Assembly: GCA_044892525.1 (NCBI GenBank) | Contig: CM097885.1 | Span: forward strand, 2,048,001 to 2,112,000 | From: Schmidtea polychroa | Lineage: Eukaryota | Direction: 5' to 3' | Length of the DNA stretch: 64,000 nt | Part shown: piece after piece, positions 59,531-64,000 of the stretch | How the letters are laid out: each line of letters starts with the position of its first letter | How positions within the stretch are numbered: the first letter of the stretch is position 1 | The notes under the pieces: generated by a model | Database searches by the model: none | Told to the model about the DNA's origin: nothing | The model's input: only the letters and a program-made list of their open reading frames with translations | Translations under genes and position numbers: made by a program

Positions 59531-59800
59531 TAACAAAGAGAATGACTCACCCAATGACTCACCCAACGATGTCTAATATTTTTAGAACGATGACTCATCA
59601 AGGTCAAGGTCAAATTTTTAATAAAAGGTCAAGGTCATTTATTATTTCCAAGGTCATTTATTTTTTCAAGGTCATTTATTTTTTCAAGGTCATTTAATTT
59701 TCAAGGTCATTTATTATTTTCAAGGTCATTTATTTTTTCAAGGTCATTTATTTTTTCAAGGTCATTTACTTTTCAAGGTCATTTAATTTTCAAGGTCATT
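59110..59800 (+). promoter_or_regulatory. Array of about 19 YCAAGGTCA motifs plus three TGACTCA motifs
   Basis: Counted by eye; clusters at 59110-59210, 59411 and 59598-59798; TGACTCA near 59543, 59555 and 59591. Regulatory role is inferred. Confidence 0.6.
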
Positions 59801-59841
59801 TATTAAAATAATTATTATTTTCTAAGTTTTTAGTTTCTAAG

Positions 59842-59913
<72 letters not shown>

Positions 59914-60037
59914 CTATCCGACAAAATATTCTGTCCCCCTATGGGTATTGCTAGCAAGGGTACTGTTTACAAAATTACTGGTAAAAATATTCAAGACAAA
60001 ACTTTCTAAATTCTAAATATTATTCTTTAAATATACA

Positions 60038-60396
60038 CTAAAATTTATTAACACATTCACATTCATCATCTCCACAGTTCATAACATTTTCAACAACATG
60101 ATCTATACAATCCCTATATACACACGGTTCAGTATCCATAAATTCCTCCATAGGTTCATCAATTTCTTGAATGCTTTCCTCATCATTTTGAGTGTTTTCT
60201 TCATCTGTTTCATCAAATTCCGAATCTTCACTCTCTGCTACCCAGTCTATATTTAATGCGTTTGTAACAGATAATATATCCGCCATTTTCACACCAGATA
60301 TTTCTGCTAATTTTTCCAATAAAAAGTTTATTATAAATTCTAAATATTAAATAATTCGATAATTAACTAATCATATTAACCTTTTTCTGTAGTCAT
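60038..60396 (-). CDS. Maverick hypothetical acidic protein, two exons (60396-60381 and 60339-60038)
   Basis: ATG ACT ACA GAA AAA G, then a 41-nt GT..AG intron (60380-60340), then in-frame EFIINFLLEKLAEISG...; acidic tract and Cys-rich C-terminus. Confidence 0.6.
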
Positions 60397-60492
60397 TATT
60401 AGTATTTTAAAACTATAGTATATATTTGTTTATAGAAAATATAGAATATAAGCGAAAACAAATATGACTAAATACATTTATTAAATACAACA

Positions 60493-60912
60493 TTAAAATA
60501 ACTGTGAAAGTCTAGCAGACATAATTTTCCAAATTGGAGAATACACATCATTATTATCAACTTTATATCCTTGGATTGTAATTGTTATATACCAATTTTC
60601 GTTTTCTTTGAAACTGATTTCATCAAAGGAATCATAAAATTTTGCATATCGGTTGTTGAAAAATGCATTTTGATTGCATGATAGATTCGTATTCAACCTT
60701 TTGAAAACATCATCTATGGTTTTAATATCTAACATTGAAAGCGTGCCGGTTAAGAATTGAAATTGGGTAGGAATTAGCTTGATCGGTGACACCAATTTCA
60801 TATTGATTTCTTCTTTTAAAAAATACATTTTGTAGTTGTGGAACATTTGAACAGGTTGTACAAGTTCTGGAACTACTTTTGGTTTTTCAGTGCTTGAAAT
60901 TTTCTTGGTCAT
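60493..60912 (-). CDS. Maverick hypothetical protein, 139 aa
   Basis: Intact ATG-initiated ORF in the compact gene block; no family recognised. Confidence 0.65.
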   Translation of the reverse strand: MTKKISSTEKPKVVPELVQPVQMFHNYKMYFLKEEINMKLVSPIKLIPTQFQFLTGTLSMLDIKTIDDVFKRLNTNLSCNQNAFFNNRYAKFYDSFDEISFKENENWYITITIQGYKVDNNDVYSPIWKIMSARLSQLF

Positions 60913-61020
60913 TGTGAATTATGATTAAAATGAAATGGTATAGGGTTTTTATACCTATGACTATTGTTTATCATCCAATCAGATTGCAGTATGTTTTTGT
61001 TTTAATTGAATGATAAATAA

Positions 61021-61485
61021 TTAATTAAGTGATAATAAAAAATCTAAAAATTCTTTTCCTTCAATTATTGATTTAATTTCAGATATGATATTATCAACTA
61101 TACTTTTGTAATCAATATTTTTTATTCCAAGAATTACTATCTTACCGCTAGCGAATATATTTACACACATAGGGTTATATTTTATATATCTCAAAGCTGG
61201 AAATAATTCTGGTTCATAAAAGCATGGTATTAATTTAGCTAATTTATTTAAATTACAAGAAAAACCTATATCGGAAGTTACGGTTATCGATTGTATTTCT
61301 AAATCATAAACATTATATTCACTAGCTTTGATTATTTCCTTACACCCCATAATTCTACATTTACCAGTTTTGAAATATATTATTGGATATTTATTACTTC
61401 TATTGATAAGTTGTTGTGGTTTCCCTATTGGAAATACCATTTTTGATACATCAGTTTTTGCCCTGTAATTTATATTTGAAAGCAT
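61021..61485 (-). CDS. TATA-binding-protein-like protein encoded by the Maverick
   Basis: Two TBP-like repeats: IIYFKTGKCRIMG and FYEPELFPALRY..VNIFASGKIVILG (compare TBP YEPELFPGLIY..LIFVSGKVVLTG). Confidence 0.85.
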   Translation of the reverse strand: MLSNINYRAKTDVSKMVFPIGKPQQLINRSNKYPIIYFKTGKCRIMGCKEIIKASEYNVYDLEIQSITVTSDIGFSCNLNKLAKLIPCFYEPELFPALRYIKYNPMCVNIFASGKIVILGIKNIDYKSIVDNIISEIKSIIEGKEFLDFLLSLN

Positions 61486-61589
61486 TTTAATGAAATAATT
61501 TTAAAAACTTTGATATATATAGGTATTTAAAAACAGAGTTCATTTAAATTATCAATATAAACAATAATTATATAGTTTAAATTTAAAAA

Positions 61590-62228
61590 ATGGAATTACG
61601 AAATGATGCAGTATACCAAATCGTTGGTCCAAGTGGTAGCGGGAAAACTTTATTTGTTTGTAAATTACTAAAATCAAATTTGTTTAAAACAAAATTCAAC
61701 AATATTTATTGGCATAGGGGCGCCGACGAAGAACACGGATTGACGCAATCAAGTTTCTGTCAGTTGAAAAACATGAAAATAGTAAAGGGCTTTGATAAAA
61801 ACTGGTCAAGTCGTTTGAAGAAAGATGATGTCATCATTATCGATGATTTGTATCAAGAAGTCAATAAAGAAAAGGACTTTAATAATTTATTCACAAAAAT
61901 CAGCAGACATGTTGGTGTAACAGTTATTTTCATAACACAAAATCTATTTCATCAAGGTGGTGCACATCGAACACGTAATTTAAATGTACAATATTTAGTT
62001 ATTTTCAAGAATCCTAGAGATGCAACTGTCATTGATTTTCTTGGACGACAAGCATACCCTAATAACCGTAATTTTCTTATCAGTGCATTTCAAGATGCCA
62101 CGAAAATACCGCATGGGTATATATTTCTCGATTTCACACAACAATGCCCTGATGATATACGGGTAAAAACAGATATTTTCAACCCAAAAGGTGCCATGGT
62201 ATATAAACAAAGTTCAAAACAAAGTTGA
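61590..62228 (+). CDS. A32/FtsK-like DNA packaging ATPase
   Basis: Walker A GPSGSGKT, Walker B VIIIDD, SRH, ITQNLF, RNLNVQYLVIFKNPRD, PHGYIFLD. Confidence 0.93.
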   Translation: MELRNDAVYQIVGPSGSGKTLFVCKLLKSNLFKTKFNNIYWHRGADEEHGLTQSSFCQLKNMKIVKGFDKNWSSRLKKDDVIIIDDLYQEVNKEKDFNNLFTKISRHVGVTVIFITQNLFHQGGAHRTRNLNVQYLVIFKNPRDATVIDFLGRQAYPNNRNFLISAFQDATKIPHGYIFLDFTQQCPDDIRVKTDIFNPKGAMVYKQSSKQS

Positions 62229-62241
62229 AAACATATAAATC

Positions 62242-62736
62242 ATGTTTTCAAAAACAAGGATATCGGGTAAAAAACAACCAAAAGTTCCACCAACAACTAG
62301 TTATACTCCATCTAAAGATCTTATTACAGAAAATTTTCCTGCAATGAATCTTATTTCGAAAAATCCTAAACCTAAACCTAAAAGTAAAACCACTAAGAAA
62401 GTAAAAGTTGTTAAAAATCATCGGAGTTTCCCGTTTTTCAATACATTGTTAAAGGCACCAAGTATGAAAAGAAACAGTATTTTGCAATCATTTCCAAATT
62501 ATGTTGTCGATGATTTACTCGATATTATACTTAAAGTAGTCAAAGGCAAGATTAAAATCAGTAAATCTAAAAAGCAATTATTGAGTAAACATAGGAAACC
62601 TTTGCTATCATTAGTAAATAATAAAAATCGTCAACAAATGAGAAAAATTATATATAAACAACAAGGGGGATTTATCGGTGCATTGATACCTTTAGCAATA
62701 TCATTATTAGGTGGAATAATAGGAAGTCGATCATAA
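62242..62736 (+). CDS. Basic Maverick virion-type protein with a C-terminal GG/F site and amphipathic helix
   Basis: Lys-rich; ends QQGGFIGALIPLAISLLGGIIGSRS. Confidence 0.7.
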   Translation: MFSKTRISGKKQPKVPPTTSYTPSKDLITENFPAMNLISKNPKPKPKSKTTKKVKVVKNHRSFPFFNTLLKAPSMKRNSILQSFPNYVVDDLLDIILKVVKGKIKISKSKKQLLSKHRKPLLSLVNNKNRQQMRKIIYKQQGGFIGALIPLAISLLGGIIGSRS

Positions 62737-62797
62737 ACAATGGGTGCTAATCCTTCATTACCAGACATTAAATTTAATATTAAATCTTCTTGTTGTA

Positions 62798-63853
62798 ATG
62801 GAGAAGATTTGGACGAACCCGGAAGACGAAGCCGGTTTTGGTGGAGTGGCAAAATTAAGGAAAAGAGTTCCGAATTCGAAAAAGGAAACACAGAAGTGGT
62901 TATCAGACCAGCTTGCGTACAGTTTGAACAAACCAATGCGGAAACGATTCCCAACAAGAACATATAAAACATATGGAATAAATGATTTATGGCAAATGGA
63001 TTTGATGGAGATGATACCCTATTCGAAAATTAACAATGGGTATAAATATATTTTAACATGTATTGATGTATTCAGTCGGTTTGCCCGAGCAATACCCGTC
63101 AAGGCAAAATCTGCAGATGAAATGTCCAAAGCTGTTAATCATTTATTTAAAGATGGACATCCTAAAAACTTGCAAACTGATTTAGGTATTAATATTATTA
63201 TTTTTATTATTATTATTATTATTTTAGGTAAAGAATTCTACAACAGTAAAGTCAAGCAAATCCTCAATAAATTGAAAATAAACCATTACTCAGTACATTC
63301 TCAATACAAAGCTGCTCATGTTGAAAGATTTAACCGAACTTTGAGAGATAGATTAAAGAAATTATTCGTGCATCAAGGTAATAAAAAATGGGTATTGGTT
63401 TTACCAAAAATAATAACCAGTTATAATCACTCATCACATCAAGGACTGAATGGATTAAGGCCGATTGATATCACGTCAAAAACAATCTATTCTAAAAAAC
63501 CTGAAAAAATTACAAAACCGAAATATAAAGTAGGTGACCATGTTAGAATTAGTAAAATTAGTGCATCACCATTTATTAAAAATTTTGATACGAATTGGAG
63601 TGATGAAGTCTTTGTAATTTCAAAAATAAATACTAAACAGAATCCTGTAATGTATGTCATCAAAGACAATGATAACAATATTGTACAAGGAAAATTTTAT
63701 GAACAAGAATTACAAGTTATTCCTCCCCCAAAAGTATTTAGAATTCAGAAGATATTGAAAACTAAAAATAAAGGCAAGGATAAACAATACTATGTCAAAT
63801 GGCATGGTTATCAAAACCCATCATGGATATCAGAAAAGGATCTAGTAAAGTGA
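62798..63853 (+). CDS. Polinton retroviral-like integrase with C-terminal chromodomain; probable 42-nt intron at 63186-63227
   Basis: WQMDL, CIDVFSRF, LQTD-G-KEF, VERFNRTL, YN..H, KVGDHVRI, FYEQELQ, YYVKWHGY..SWI; first ATG at 62798. Confidence 0.95.
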   Translation: MEKIWTNPEDEAGFGGVAKLRKRVPNSKKETQKWLSDQLAYSLNKPMRKRFPTRTYKTYGINDLWQMDLMEMIPYSKINNGYKYILTCIDVFSRFARAIPVKAKSADEMSKAVNHLFKDGHPKNLQTDLGINIIIFIIIIIILGKEFYNSKVKQILNKLKINHYSVHSQYKAAHVERFNRTLRDRLKKLFVHQGNKKWVLVLPKIITSYNHSSHQGLNGLRPIDITSKTIYSKKPEKITKPKYKVGDHVRISKISASPFIKNFDTNWSDEVFVISKINTKQNPVMYVIKDNDNNIVQGKFYEQELQVIPPPKVFRIQKILKTKNKGKDKQYYVKWHGYQNPSWISEKDLVK

Positions 63854-64000
63854 ATTTTTATACTATTTTACCAAGCAATAGTTGCCCGCTTATTCATCCA
63901 GATAATCAAGCCAGTAAATTCATGGTCAATCTCCAGAATCCGATTTCTTTAAATGGTGACTGGGAAGTTGCACTGCAAGATTTTACATTCGTGTACAATA
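63823..64000 (+). CDS. Polinton minor capsid (penton-like) protein, 5' end, truncated by the window
   Basis: Manual translation MDIRKGSSKVNFYTILPSNS..PDNQASKF..L..PISLNGDWEVAL, the N-terminal pattern typical of the gene after the integrase in Polintons. Confidence 0.75.
   Translation, partial: MDIRKGSSKVNFYTILPSNSCPLIHPDNQASKFMVNLQNPISLNGDWEVALQDFTFVYN

Larger units (their letters stand above)
58402..64000 (+). mobile_element. Maverick/Polinton (adintovirus-like endogenous element), left end; continues beyond the window
   Basis: Begins AGTAGTAG (typical Polinton terminus); repeat-rich terminal region; packaging ATPase, retroviral-like integrase with chromodomain and minor-capsid-like gene in compact order. 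Confidence 0.92.

Overview
AT-rich eukaryotic DNA with many (AAT/TAT)n microsatellites and ~50-nt introns. This resembles a planarian-type flatworm genome (inference only). Host genes: the 3' end of a protocadherin-like gene (+, 751-5236) and a multi-exon doublecortin-like kinase, most similar to DCLK3 (-, ~19897-37070). The rest is mostly mobile DNA: a MULE with a 9-bp TSD, several hAT elements and MITEs with 8-bp TSDs, TTAA and pogo-type MITEs, a solo LTR, Gypsy remnants and duplicated TRAF-like fragments. Four things stand out. (1) The left end of a Maverick/Polinton from 58402 carries a TBP-like gene, about 19 YCAAGGTCA nuclear-receptor-type sites in its terminal region, and 41-42-nt introns, one inside the integrase core. 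(2) A ~370-nt repeat contains intact minimal type I hammerhead ribozymes and a motif matching the U1 snRNA 5' end. (3) Two related intronless cassettes fuse a proteasome alpha-6 fragment to different N-terminal modules (Rab1 in one) behind a shared GC-rich leader. (4) An unclassified ORF-bearing element family has a structured 3' end. All calls were made by eye; no database searches were run.
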